Source: Spirochaetota bacterium (lineage in GTDB: Bacteria > Spirochaetota > B62-G9 > DRHN01). From it: a DNA stretch of 64,000 nt. The stretch is from assembly GCA_020342115.1 (NCBI GenBank), contig CP070841.1, positions 3,421,531 to 3,485,530 on the forward strand, in the 5' to 3' direction. Position numbers and translations under genes: made by a program. Positions 27,527 to 37,439 of the stretch are shown piece after piece; within the stretch, counting starts at the first letter, position 1; every line of letters begins with the position of its first letter. Under the pieces are notes generated by a model that had not been told where the DNA came from, made no database searches, and worked only from the letters and a program-made list of their open reading frames with translations.

Positions 27527-28843
27527 GTGGAATCTCTTAAGACATTAGATGAGGCACTCGATTACCTCTACAGCTTTATTAATTATGAGACAGATTCATC
27601 TTTTCCATATGAGGCTCTCCACTACAATGTCGAGAGAACTGTGGAGCTTCTGAACCTTATGGGAAATCCTCACCAGGGGAAAATAATCATTCATGTTGCG
27701 GGCACCAAGGGAAAAGGCTCCATATGCAAGATAATCGCTACTCTCTTAGAGGCCCGAAATCTCCGTGTGGGATTATTTACTTCTCCCCATATAGAGAAGG
27801 TAAATGAGAGAATCGTAGTTGATGGAAGACAGATCGAAGATCTCGAGATCGTGGAGATAATCAATGAACTTGTCCCGCTGATTGAGAGGTTTCCTAAAGA
27901 CAATCAGCCTACGACTTTTGAGATTCTTACCGCAGCTGCCATGCACTACTTCAACATCAAAGGTGCTGATCATGTGGTGCTTGAAACTGGCATGGGAGGG
28001 AGGTTTGATTCGACAAACTTCTCAGATCCTGTTGTTTCGGTGATCTCTCCTATCAGTATTGATCATACAGATAAACTCGGGGAGGAGATCCATCTCATTG
28101 CAAAGGAGAAGGCGGGAATAATAAAGCCCGGGAAACCGGTGGTAGTAGGCTACCAGCGGCATGAGGTTGAGGGAATATTCAGGGAAAGGTCCAGGAAGCT
28201 TAAAAGTAAATACTACAATGTCCGTGAAAGCTGCTCTTACACAATTCAGGAGATGGATGAAACAGGAACATTGTTCGATGCCATGATAGATGGGTCTTCC
28301 TACAAAGGTCTTTTTTTATCATTACCCGGTGTTCATCAAGTAGAGAATGCAGTGACATCACTGCTCGCCCTCAAAGTTATTGATTTGTTACCCTCTGAAC
28401 AGATCATGAAATCCGTATTTGGAGATATCTGTTTTCCCACAAGGCTCGAGCTAATAAAAAAAGAGAGACGATTCCTTCTGGATTCTGCTCATAACAGGGA
28501 TTCGGCAGAAGCGCTCGTGAGTGCCATAAAGGCACTGTACAGGTATGATAAGCTCTTTACTATAGTTGGTATAGTGAAAGGTAAAGATGTTGAGGGAATC
28601 GTAGGGAGTCTGGCATCTGTATCAGACGAGATGATTGTTTGTGAACCTGTCACTCACAAAGAGCTCGATACAGCCCATGTATTCGACACAGCGAAGCGTT
28701 TCTTGCCGCATTGTCGTCTGATAGCAGATATCTATGATGCAATCCATGCTGCAGTGCATGAATCAGCGGAGGACGATCTCATCCTGGTAACAGGTTCGTT
28801 CTATACAACTTCGCCTGTGAGAAGCTATTTGCTGGATAATTGA
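27527..28843 (+). CDS. folC: Folylpolyglutamate synthase / dihydrofolate synthase
   Basis: HVAGTKGKGS P-loop and Mur-ligase-like architecture. GTG start. Confidence 0.85.
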   Translation: MESLKTLDEALDYLYSFINYETDSSFPYEALHYNVERTVELLNLMGNPHQGKIIIHVAGTKGKGSICKIIATLLEARNLRVGLFTSPHIEKVNERIVVDGRQIEDLEIVEIINELVPLIERFPKDNQPTTFEILTAAAMHYFNIKGADHVVLETGMGGRFDSTNFSDPVVSVISPISIDHTDKLGEEIHLIAKEKAGIIKPGKPVVVGYQRHEVEGIFRERSRKLKSKYYNVRESCSYTIQEMDETGTLFDAMIDGSSYKGLFLSLPGVHQVENAVTSLLALKVIDLLPSEQIMKSVFGDICFPTRLELIKKERRFLLDSAHNRDSAEALVSAIKALYRYDKLFTIVGIVKGKDVEGIVGSLASVSDEMIVCEPVTHKELDTAHVFDTAKRFLPHCRLIADIYDAIHAAVHESAEDDLILVTGSFYTTSPVRSYLLDN

Positions 28844-28863
28844 GGTTTCTATTAAGAAGAGCG

Positions 28864-29811
28864 CTATATCAATCTCTTCTGGAGTTTCTTCCTGACCTCA
28901 CTCAAAAGCGCGAGCCCCTCCTCCATTCGCTTCAGTGCAGCCATGAGCTCAAGGTCTTTGAGAAGTTTCTCTGGTACAGGAGGTGAACGGTCGACTCTTA
29001 CCTTCATAAGCAACTGTTTTGCCTTACCGAGATCCTGTTCAATTACATGAATGTTAATTTTCTTTTTATTATCATCGAGGAGCGAGGCGCACTGTTGGAC
29101 AATTGCATAGCCGAGGTTACTGTAGGTGAGCCGGAAGCCTATTTCATCGATCTGCCCCTGTGCCATGAGTATTTTGTCGCACTCATGTGCAGTTTGAAGA
29201 TTCTTGACAGCCTTTGCCCAGTCCTCTTTGTGAATGTAGAGTACACCGAGGGTGTCAGATATGGCAGCTTTTAGTGCAATAGACTTCTTGTCGTCCAGGT
29301 AGAATTCGTCTAAAAGCGTGTTGGCGAATTTGGTCAGCTTCACTCCATATTCAATGTTCTTCCCAAGCTTTGAGAAAAGATAGCCGATGAAATTGAGAGT
29401 GGAAATCTGCAGGCTAATAATTTCTTTGTCTACAGTTCTGCTGTTGTTTGCAATCTTTTCGTCGATAATCTGATTGATTCGGGCCAGCAGGAGTTTTGAG
29501 AGAAAGAGGGAGTTTTCATAATCTCCATTCTGGAACGCCCGGTTCGAGAACCTCAGGATATTATTGAGATCCTTATCTTCAATGAAGATCGCAATATCCC
29601 TCAGCATTGAGTGAAATGTATTGAGGTAATTACTCCTTGTTTCTTTGTTTTCGATGAGGAAGCCGTAGAGAAAACTCGACAGTATCCTACCCACTTCATA
29701 GAGTTCATTCTCCTCAACATCGGTAAAACAGTTATCGGCCAGCTCCAAAGAGAACCTGCCGGTGTGGCCATGAAATTCAAACTGGTGAGCCCTGTTTGTA
29801 TTTTTCTTCAT
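28864..29811 (-). CDS. Hypothetical helical (TPR-like) protein
   Basis: 315-aa ORF with coding-like composition. No family motif recognised. Confidence 0.5.
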   Translation of the reverse strand: MKKNTNRAHQFEFHGHTGRFSLELADNCFTDVEENELYEVGRILSSFLYGFLIENKETRSNYLNTFHSMLRDIAIFIEDKDLNNILRFSNRAFQNGDYENSLFLSKLLLARINQIIDEKIANNSRTVDKEIISLQISTLNFIGYLFSKLGKNIEYGVKLTKFANTLLDEFYLDDKKSIALKAAISDTLGVLYIHKEDWAKAVKNLQTAHECDKILMAQGQIDEIGFRLTYSNLGYAIVQQCASLLDDNKKKINIHVIEQDLGKAKQLLMKVRVDRSPPVPEKLLKDLELMAALKRMEEGLALLSEVRKKLQKRLI

Positions 29812-30163
29812 ATCACTTAGAGGGATAATCCCTCTGTGCTGTTCCAGCTATAGGCTACATAGGTTTATAACTGGAAGAGCCAAACAGTAGATTATAACAC
29901 CATGCTACATATAGCTTGCAGCTATAATTTGCTTGAATTCATCTCTTGAGCTTAATGTATTGAGGAGAAGTGAAAAAGTCAAAGTGAAGATTTGTCAATA
30001 TCGCAGGTAGCGGTGAAACAACACTTGTAATCAACAGGACGACCTGAAAGAAAATAATCAATAATGAGGTATATAAATATTTGTCAATAGATGTTTTAAA
30101 GAGATTGGGCATTTTAAAATTATTTGATTATAATATGCATTCTATTATATTTTACTAGGAATG

Positions 30164-30236
30164 GGGGGTGTAGCTCAGCCGGGAGAGCGCTTGCTTCGCA
30201 TGCAAGAGGTCGGCGGTTCGATCCCGCTCACCTCCA
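30164..30236 (+). tRNA. tRNA-Ala (anticodon CGC)
   Basis: Acceptor GGGGGTG/CACCTCC with G3:U70, anticodon stem CTTGC/GCAAG, loop TTCGCAT, T-loop GGTTCGATCC. Confidence 0.85.
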
Positions 30237-30376
30237 CAGGGAAAACAGCTGTCTTTCAATGAACATTACATACTCCTTCAACATAAAACTCTTTCCTATG
30301 CGCTGCCTTCGATTTTGTACTATAATAATAAAGCGCAGTACTATTTTACAATGTCAGGACTGCAAAAGGGATATTT

Positions 30377-32842
30377 ATGGATCGTAAAAGGCTTGCACTG
30401 TTTGCTGCATTATTTATAACCACTGTTCTTATTCTCGCTTCGTGCACAACTGAGGAGGTTTCCCAGATATCGCTGCCGGAAGGGAGGACCGCCAAGATAA
30501 TTTTTCTTTTAGGAGAGGTTTACATAAAGAGTGAAACTTCGGAGTGGGTTCAGGCCCAGGTTGGTGATGTGCTTGAAGAAGGAACCCTGGTAAGGACAGG
30601 GGTGGACAGCTATTGTGAGATTGTGTTGAGCTCAGGATCTCTTTTCCGTATGAAGGATCGGACTGAGCTGTTAATTGCATTACTGCCATCCAGCGATCGC
30701 GAGCCGGATTCTCTTATAAAGCTCTTCAAGGGTGATCTCTTAACTAAAGTTCAAAAAATTGCTTACAGCAGCTCCGACAGTATCGAGACCCAGAGCGCTA
30801 CATTAGGAGTGAGAGGAACCGAATTCCTTGTTCATGAAGAGACGAGTGGAACGGAAGTTCTGGTTGCCAGCGGAGCAGTAAGAGTGAAGATGGATGTGAA
30901 GGAGGTGGATACAGAAAGCCTTCCTAAAGGCATGGTCGCTGTGGTAAGAAAGATCGAGAATGGCGTGAAAGTTCGTGAGGGATACAAGCTCGAGATTACA
31001 ATTGAAAAGGTGGATCGTTTGAACAGGACAATCGAGGAAATCATACAACGCAAAACCGTGACGCCTTCTGAGCTTGATTCACTGAAGCAGGAAGTAATCC
31101 TCAAACCGCAGCCTCTCAGCGCGTCTGACAGGAGAAAGCTTGAGGAGTTTAAAACCCTTTCTCTCAGGTATACAGAAGGGGAAACATTTTACATCTCGCC
31201 AAATTTCGATGGAATCAATGATGAGTTTGTTTTCAGCACTGAAGCTTTCTCAGACGAAAAATTCTGGGGCTACAAACTGGTAGTCCTGGATTCACATTTG
31301 AATGAAATAAAGGTGATAACCGGCAGAAAGCCTGAAGAGGCCAATAGTATCAGGCTCCCGGAAACAATCTCATGGAATATGGTAAGTGATGAGGGATATA
31401 CCGTTTCAAATGGGAACTATGTATATGAGTTCTATACTGAAGAAAAGAATGGTAAGTACAGGCTTCAGGTTAAGGGAAAGATTGTGGTTGATACCACTGC
31501 TCCCTTTCTCCAGGTTACTGTACCGGATACAATCTTTTCGCCAAATAATGATGGTGTGAAGGATACGGTACTATGTGAGATCAATGCAGAAGAGGATGCC
31601 GAATGGACGGCCACCATATCCACCATAGAGGGAATTGTGGTGAAAACTATCGAGTGGGGGAAGGATATTCCTGATGTTTTCGAATGGGACGGCAAGGGTG
31701 AGAACGGAAATGTCCTCCCTGAGGGAGTGTACAGCATCACCATAACAGGGCAGGATAAGGCAGGTAATGTGACAGATAGGACAGTAAAGGAAATCGCACT
31801 CGATGTGAGGGAGCGGCAGGCATCGGTCGATGTGGATCGCTCGACTTTCTCTCCCAATGCTGATGGAAGCTTTGATACTATAACGTTCAAACCGATATTA
31901 TCCGATCGTTCAAGGATCGATACCTGGGATCTCATTGTGCAGACTGAGAAAGGGGATACAGCACGGAGATTCAGGGGGAGACGCTCAATTCCTGCAGAAA
32001 TAAAATGGGACGGGAAGCCACAGAAGGGAAAATCCTACGAGCATCTCCCAAAGGAGCTTCCAAGCGGAAGATATTTCTACTTCTTGAAAGTGATATACAG
32101 GAGCGGGGTCAACACATACTCCTTCAGGAAAGAGCTTATTATCGACAACGATCCTCCAGAGATCGATGTTGATGTTGTTCCAAAGCTGTTCTCGCCCGAT
32201 GGGGACGGAAAGGATGATCTGCTTTTAATAAAACCTAAAATCATTGATCAAACCTCCATAGCCAGCTGGAGGGCTAATATATACACCTCTTCCGATAAAC
32301 ATTTCAAGACCTTTAGAGGAAGGCAGATGCCGAAAGAGGAGATTCAGTGGGACGGCATTTCAGATACCGGCATTCTTGTGGATAGCGGTGAAGATTATTA
32401 CCTCGTCCTCGAGGCAACTGATACAGTAAACAATACTGCTAAAAGCGAGAAAATTCCTTTCTCCATAGATATTCTCGTGATCACAACGGATCGAGGGCTT
32501 AAGATCCAGGTATCAAATATAGAGTTTGGTTTTAATACCGCAAACCTGAAAGGCGATAAGACCTTCACCATTCTCAATAAGATCATATATGTATTAAGAA
32601 AGTATGATAAATACTCAATCATAGTAGAGGGACATACAGATTCAATAGGAAGCGAAGAATACAACCTCAATCTCTCAAAGAAAAGGGCGGAGTCTGTGGG
32701 AAGGTATTTAATAGACAACGGGATAAGTGCAGACCGTCTCTCATATGAGGGGTTTGGTCCGAAGTACCCTATAGATACCAATGAGACGGAGGAAGGAAGA
32801 GCACGAAATCGAAGGGTTGAGTTTATTCTGATAAGAAAGTGA
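30377..32842 (+). CDS. FecR-domain / four FlgD-Ig-like repeats / OmpA-domain envelope lipoprotein
   Basis: Lipobox-like LILASC, an N-terminal FecR-like segment, repeated FSPN(N/A)DG..D ... WDGK..G..LPEGVY units, and a C-terminal OmpA_C (GHTDSIGSEEYNLNLSKKRA...NRRVEF). Confidence 0.75.
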   Translation: MDRKRLALFAALFITTVLILASCTTEEVSQISLPEGRTAKIIFLLGEVYIKSETSEWVQAQVGDVLEEGTLVRTGVDSYCEIVLSSGSLFRMKDRTELLIALLPSSDREPDSLIKLFKGDLLTKVQKIAYSSSDSIETQSATLGVRGTEFLVHEETSGTEVLVASGAVRVKMDVKEVDTESLPKGMVAVVRKIENGVKVREGYKLEITIEKVDRLNRTIEEIIQRKTVTPSELDSLKQEVILKPQPLSASDRRKLEEFKTLSLRYTEGETFYISPNFDGINDEFVFSTEAFSDEKFWGYKLVVLDSHLNEIKVITGRKPEEANSIRLPETISWNMVSDEGYTVSNGNYVYEFYTEEKNGKYRLQVKGKIVVDTTAPFLQVTVPDTIFSPNNDGVKDTVLCEINAEEDAEWTATISTIEGIVVKTIEWGKDIPDVFEWDGKGENGNVLPEGVYSITITGQDKAGNVTDRTVKEIALDVRERQASVDVDRSTFSPNADGSFDTITFKPILSDRSRIDTWDLIVQTEKGDTARRFRGRRSIPAEIKWDGKPQKGKSYEHLPKELPSGRYFYFLKVIYRSGVNTYSFRKELIIDNDPPEIDVDVVPKLFSPDGDGKDDLLLIKPKIIDQTSIASWRANIYTSSDKHFKTFRGRQMPKEEIQWDGISDTGILVDSGEDYYLVLEATDTVNNTAKSEKIPFSIDILVITTDRGLKIQVSNIEFGFNTANLKGDKTFTILNKIIYVLRKYDKYSIIVEGHTDSIGSEEYNLNLSKKRAESVGRYLIDNGISADRLSYEGFGPKYPIDTNETEEGRARNRRVEFILIRK

Positions 32843-32925
32843 GGGTTCTAATAAACCAAATGCTTTTTTATCGATGATTGTCTCGGAAGAATAACTGAGA
32901 ACTAATTTCACCGATGTTATCTATA

Positions 32926-33010
32926 TTTAATTAAGGTTGCAGTATACTTAATTATCTTTCCATATTTGTAATGATAATTAAGTATACTGTCCCCATTAAC
33001 CGAACGATTA
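32926..33010 (+). repeat. Left copy of the about 85-nt direct repeat bracketing the 17-kb block
   Basis: The 71-nt core is 65/71 identical to 49905-49975 with no indels. It contains a perfect 16-bp hairpin CAGTATACTTAATTAT (32940-32955) / ATAATTAAGTATACTG (32974-32989). Confidence 0.85.
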
Positions 33011-33033
33011 TTTATTATCCACACACTCCATAT

Positions 33034-33070
33034 AAGTTTCTATTATTTTATAGAATAGAAACTTTTTATT
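33034..33070. terminator. Intrinsic terminator-like hairpin
   Basis: AAGTTTCTATT / AATAGAAACTT 11-bp stem with a 9-nt loop, followed by TTTATTT. Confidence 0.55.
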
Positions 33071-33260
33071 TAACTAAATCGATTAAGTGCTTTCCTGAAA
33101 CATTCCACAACCATCTCATAAAGATACTCCTCGATTTTAGTGAAAATTATCACAGATGTTTCAAAGACCGCAAAATGTACACATCGAGTAGTTTGTCAGG
33201 TTTTATTAACCCAAAAGTAAAATACAAAATCAGAAGATGTTTTTTATCATATTATTTTTG

Positions 33261-33311
33261 TTGACAAACTCAGTGAATATGATAGACTGAATAAGTTCAG
33301 TGAATGCATTC
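33261..33311 (+). promoter_or_regulatory. Regulon promoter/operator cassette 1 (importer operon)
   Basis: TTGACA-N16-TAGACT followed directly by GAATAAGTTC-AGT-GAATGCATTC (33289-33311). Confidence 0.7.
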
Positions 33312-33517
33312 TATTTATTTTAACAGCAGCGCTCAATCGGGATATAATCGGGATGCTGGGGCTTGAAGGTTATTTTCTATTGTTATTGCGGGATAATTTT
33401 TAATCAGCCCCAATGATCAGTAAGTTATATAATAAGAAAGGAGGTGGTCTGCAGCTTTGAAATTATGAATCATGTGCTAACAATTGCATATGACAATTTA
33501 AAAAAGGAGAGGAGAAA

Positions 33518-34768
33518 ATGAAACATTTAAAATTTTGCTTTTGTATAATCTTGTTAGTTTCTTTTGTGATCTTTCCTATCACCGCGTGGTCGGAATCAAA
33601 GGTTGAAAAAGATAAAATCGTCATCGGTGCGGCAAGACCTCTGTCAGGCCCATTAGCTCAAATCGGAGACTTTGCAATGGGACCAATTATGACAATGTGG
33701 GCCGAGGAAGTCAATGCCAGGGGTGGTATTAATGTAGCTGGCAAGAAACTACCTGTAGAGTTGCTCATATATGATGATACAAGTGATTTGGGCACCTCGA
33801 CGAGACTGATTGAAAAATTGATTCTAGAGGATAAGGTTGACTTCCTGTTTCCCAACTGCTCCACCGCTTTCCTCTATGCTTCCGCCCCACTGGCCAATAA
33901 ATACAAGTATGTATACCTGGGTGCCGAGGGTGGTTGTACAACTCTCACCGCTATGCTTCCTGAGCTGCCCTACGTGTTTGGTGTCTTGAACTACTCTGAT
34001 TACTACCAGATACCTGTCCTGGCTGACGTTCTTGTGGCTAAAGGCGTGAAGACAGCAGCGATAATCTACATCAATGACCTCCACGGTGTGGAGTATTATC
34101 ATTCATCGCTGAGTGAATTTATGAAGAAAGGCATTACTATAGTTATGGCTGAGGCAGTTCCGCCTTTCAGTGAGGATGTAGAGCTGGTATTGAAGGCGGC
34201 CAGGGATTCCGGGGCTGATGCCCTTTGTGGCTATGTGTATCCCCCCACAACCATGGCGGTTCTTGGTCAAGCAGCGGCTATTGGCTATAGTCCAAAGGCT
34301 ATGGTACTTGGCCCTGGGGTCAACTTCGAGTTTTTTAAAGGCATCTTTGGTCCCCAGATGTTGGAGGGTGTAATGGGTTTTGGCGCTTATAACTCCAAAT
34401 CCTCCCCTGAAATCGCCGATTTTATTGCCAGGTTCATCAAACGCTGGGAGCTGGGGGCAATGGATTGGTGGGGTGGCGCCTTCTATTTTGCAGGGCTGCA
34501 ATGTTTTGAGAAGGCTATAGAGAAGGCCGGTACCCTTGACAATACAAGAGTCAGGGATATAATGGCCAAGGAACATTTCGATACGATTCTGGGAGATACC
34601 TGGTTTGATATGACCGCCGGTGGTGAAGGCGGAGGACTTCTGGCGAAAGAATGCCATCCAGGGCAGGTTGGCCAGTGGCAAAATGGCGAATATGAGGTTG
34701 TAGGCCCAACGGATAAGGCTACCACAGACCAAGTTATCTACCCCAAGCCAGCGTGGCCAGCACCTTAA
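33518..34768 (+). CDS. Liv-type (Peripla_BP_6) ABC substrate-binding protein
   Basis: Signal peptide, 416 aa, LivK/LivJ-family look. Followed by livHMGF-like genes. Confidence 0.8.
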   Translation: MKHLKFCFCIILLVSFVIFPITAWSESKVEKDKIVIGAARPLSGPLAQIGDFAMGPIMTMWAEEVNARGGINVAGKKLPVELLIYDDTSDLGTSTRLIEKLILEDKVDFLFPNCSTAFLYASAPLANKYKYVYLGAEGGCTTLTAMLPELPYVFGVLNYSDYYQIPVLADVLVAKGVKTAAIIYINDLHGVEYYHSSLSEFMKKGITIVMAEAVPPFSEDVELVLKAARDSGADALCGYVYPPTTMAVLGQAAAIGYSPKAMVLGPGVNFEFFKGIFGPQMLEGVMGFGAYNSKSSPEIADFIARFIKRWELGAMDWWGGAFYFAGLQCFEKAIEKAGTLDNTRVRDIMAKEHFDTILGDTWFDMTAGGEGGGLLAKECHPGQVGQWQNGEYEVVGPTDKATTDQVIYPKPAWPAP

Positions 34769-34901
34769 TAAACACAGAAATGAGCAGGCTGTCCAAGTGT
34801 GTACAATGGCACCTGTGAAGAGAGTATGTTTTTTGGGAGGCTTTTCGCTGCGCATTCGTACAGCCTGCGCACATAATTGCCAGAGTTAGAAAGCTATATT
34901 T

Positions 34902-35774
34902 ATGAACTTAGTGACAGTCCTGGATATATTCATTGGCGGTGTGTTGATTGGTGGCATATATGCCCTGATCGCCATGGGGTTAAGCCTTCAGTACGGTGTT
35001 TCCCGGGTATTGAATGTGTCACATGGTGAATTTATTATGCTCGGGGCATTTGCCACCTGGGTGCTGTACACCTCACTTGGCATTAATCCGCTGATTTCTC
35101 TGGTCATTGTCGGTCCCATTATCTTTGTAATAGGTTATCTGCTTCACAGAACTTTGTTCAGGAGTCTATTTAAGTCATCACCATCATTACCCGCCTTTGA
35201 GGGAAGTTCCCTGTTAGCAACCTTTGGTATCCTCTACATCATTCAAAATATAGCCATAATAACCTGGGGTTCTTCTTCAAAGGGATACACATTTTTAGCG
35301 TCTCCGGTTAATCTGGGGGGGGCGATATTTTCCGCCAATCGCCTCCTAACCCTTGGATTTGCCATAGGTATAGGAGTAGCCTTCTATGTTTTTTTAGCCC
35401 GTACCCGAATGGGAAAAGCGATCAGGGCAGCGGCCCAGGACCCTGATGCTGCAGGGCTTATGGGAGTAAACATCAACCAGGTGCTGGCTTTATGCTTTGG
35501 CCTTGGCACCTTATTGACCGGTCTTGCCGGCGTACTTTACAGTATGTGCTTCTCTATTCAGGCAACTATGGGTCTGGGATTTACCATAATTGCTATCATC
35601 GTGGTTGTACTGGGAGGGTTGGGCAGTATTCCCGGTAGTTTTCTCGGTGGTTTTATACTGGGTATTATTGGCCAGATAGTAACATATTTTGAGCCGAGCT
35701 TATCGCTGGCTGCCTATTATATCATCTTCATACTTCTGCTCCTGGTAAAACCAACAGGTATTTTGGGAAAGTAG
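34902..35774 (+). CDS. Branched-chain-amino-acid-type ABC permease (LivH-like)
   Basis: 290 aa, polytopic, LivH-like sequence. Confidence 0.85.
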   Translation: MNLVTVLDIFIGGVLIGGIYALIAMGLSLQYGVSRVLNVSHGEFIMLGAFATWVLYTSLGINPLISLVIVGPIIFVIGYLLHRTLFRSLFKSSPSLPAFEGSSLLATFGILYIIQNIAIITWGSSSKGYTFLASPVNLGGAIFSANRLLTLGFAIGIGVAFYVFLARTRMGKAIRAAAQDPDAAGLMGVNINQVLALCFGLGTLLTGLAGVLYSMCFSIQATMGLGFTIIAIIVVVLGGLGSIPGSFLGGFILGIIGQIVTYFEPSLSLAAYYIIFILLLLVKPTGILGK

Positions 35775-35778
35775 AGAA

Positions 35779-36729
35779 ATGGACATTATAAAGTTTACCT
35801 CTAAAAAGTCGTTTTCAATAGGATTCATTGGCTTTGTTCTGGTCCTGTTGGCTGCTCTGCCCCTCTACGCAAAAGGTTATACTCCCATACTGCTGACAAG
35901 CATCTTTATGTATGTCATCCTTTCTGTAAGCTGGACTCTGTTTTCAGGTCCTACCGGCTACATGTCACTGGCAACGGCGGCCTTTTTCGGGGTCGGCATC
36001 TATACGGCGGCTTTTCTTGGGAAAACCTTGCCACTGCCTGTCTTTATCATTTCTGGCGGCCTGATCAGTTCAATAGTTGCTCTCCTTGTTGGCGCTTTGA
36101 CGCTGAGGCTGAGGGGTATCTATTTCGCTATCTTTACCTTTGGGCTCGTTATGCTCATCTCGAACCTTCTCCTGTTCTGGGAGCTTCATGCAATGGAAAC
36201 ACGTGGCCGGTTCGTTGTCATCGTAGATTACAATACTATTTATTATACAATGCTCATCATTTTTGTGGCGTTAATGCTTACGGCCTATTTTATAAGACGC
36301 TCTAAATTCGGATTGGCGCTGCAGAGTATCGGAGAAAACGAAGAAGCTGCGGCCCATATAGGCATAAATGTAACCCTGGTGAAGGTTGTCAACTTTGCCG
36401 TGAGCGCCTTCTTCATCGGAGCAGCTGGAGCAACCATAGCCACACGATGGACATATGTTGACCCGTACATCGCCTTTAATCCGCTCTTTTCTTTTTTGCC
36501 GGTCTTGATGGCTATATTTGGTGGCATGGGACAGCTTTATGGGCCAGTAATAGGCGCAGTTATTTTTGCCTATCTACAGGAGATTCTCATAACAAGGTTT
36601 GCCGAGTTATATATGCTTATTTTCGGTGTTATACTTGTGTTCTCTATACTGTATATACCCAATGGTCTGGTAGGCCTGATACAGAAGTGGAGAAAGGGAG
36701 GTCAAGCTGGGGAACATGCGAGTAATTGA
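35779..36729 (+). CDS. Branched-chain-amino-acid-type ABC permease (LivM-like)
   Basis: 316 aa, polytopic, LivM-like sequence. Confidence 0.85.
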   Translation: MDIIKFTSKKSFSIGFIGFVLVLLAALPLYAKGYTPILLTSIFMYVILSVSWTLFSGPTGYMSLATAAFFGVGIYTAAFLGKTLPLPVFIISGGLISSIVALLVGALTLRLRGIYFAIFTFGLVMLISNLLLFWELHAMETRGRFVVIVDYNTIYYTMLIIFVALMLTAYFIRRSKFGLALQSIGENEEAAAHIGINVTLVKVVNFAVSAFFIGAAGATIATRWTYVDPYIAFNPLFSFLPVLMAIFGGMGQLYGPVIGAVIFAYLQEILITRFAELYMLIFGVILVFSILYIPNGLVGLIQKWRKGGQAGEHASN

Positions 36730-37435
36730 AGGTGAGAGGGTGACCAAGTATTTCGGGGGCCTGGCTGCAGTATCCAATGTTGACTTCCATGTAGACAATG
36801 GTGAGATCGTTGGTCTGATCGGCCCCAACGGGGCAGGTAAGACGACACTGTTCAATTTGATATCTGCTGCCATTGCTCTTAAATCGGGGGTCATACGGTT
36901 CAAAGGTGAGAAGATCAGCGGTTTAAAACCGTATCAAATCTGCAGGATGGGAGTATCGAGGACGTTTCAATCTGTTAAAGTATTCTCCAACTTATCCGTT
37001 CTCCAGAATGTAATGCTGGGATCGTTGTATGGAGCTCCAGCTGGCATGTCTGACGCAGATGCCAACAGCGAGGCTACAGAGCTGCTGGAGTTTGTGGGGC
37101 TTTCAAATGTGAGTATGATCCCTGCAAAAGACTTGACCCTGGCTAACCAGTAGCGCCTTGAAGTAGCCAGGGCGTTAGCCACAAAGCCGGAACTGTTGTT
37201 GCTTGATGAATTGATGGCTGGATTGAATCACACTGAAGTGGCTCAGGCTATGGAGCTTGTTAAAAAGATTCAGGATAAGGGAATTACCATCTTCATGGTT
37301 GAGCATGTCATGAAAGCAATTATGAGTATATGTGATCGAATTATGGTGCTCCATCATGGTGAGAAGATTGCTGAAGGAACTCCACAGGAGATCGCTGCCA
37401 GCAAAAAGGTCATTGAGGTTTATTTAGGAGAGTAA
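36716..37435 (+). pseudogene. LivG-like ABC ATPase interrupted by one in-frame TAG (37151-37153)
   Basis: Walker A GPNGAGKTT lies in ORF 36716-37153. Walker B LLLLDE lies in ORF 37196-37435. Both ORFs are in the same frame. The stop falls inside the signature region: LTLANQ-stop-RLEVARAL, against the recalled canonical L(S/A)YGQQ(R/K)RLEIARAL. Confidence 0.75.
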
Positions 37436-37439
37436 ACTC

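Noticed and set aside
32971-33264. 97-aa plus-strand ORF in the AT-rich spacer left of the regulon. Also a 17-codon minus-strand ORF (33066-33119, MRWLWNVSGKHLIDLVK) with a GAGGAG 8 nt upstream, ending at the 33034-33064 hairpin.
   Set aside because: The long ORF runs through a repeat, a terminator hairpin and a promoter and has non-coding-like composition. The mini-ORF has a plausible RBS but nothing else supports it, and it is too short to call without Ribo-seq or conservation.
34769-34901. 9-bp inverted repeat GCAGGCTGT ... ACAGCCTGC in the livK-livH spacer as a dedicated regulatory element.
   Set aside because: The stem is short and the arms are about 70 nt apart. SBP-permease spacers often contain partial terminators. 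This is not distinctive enough to report as a finding.
37151-37153. Reading the in-frame TAG of the livG-like gene as pyrrolysine, tempting because a corrinoid methyltransferase system is nearby.
   Set aside because: TAG is an ordinary terminator for at least seven other ORFs in this window (ends at 5660, 15857, 35774, 38144, 46719, 49815, 62086). No pylTSBCD-like genes or MtmB/MtbB/MttB-type genes are visible. The affected gene is an ABC ATPase. A nonsense mutation or sequencing error is far more likely.
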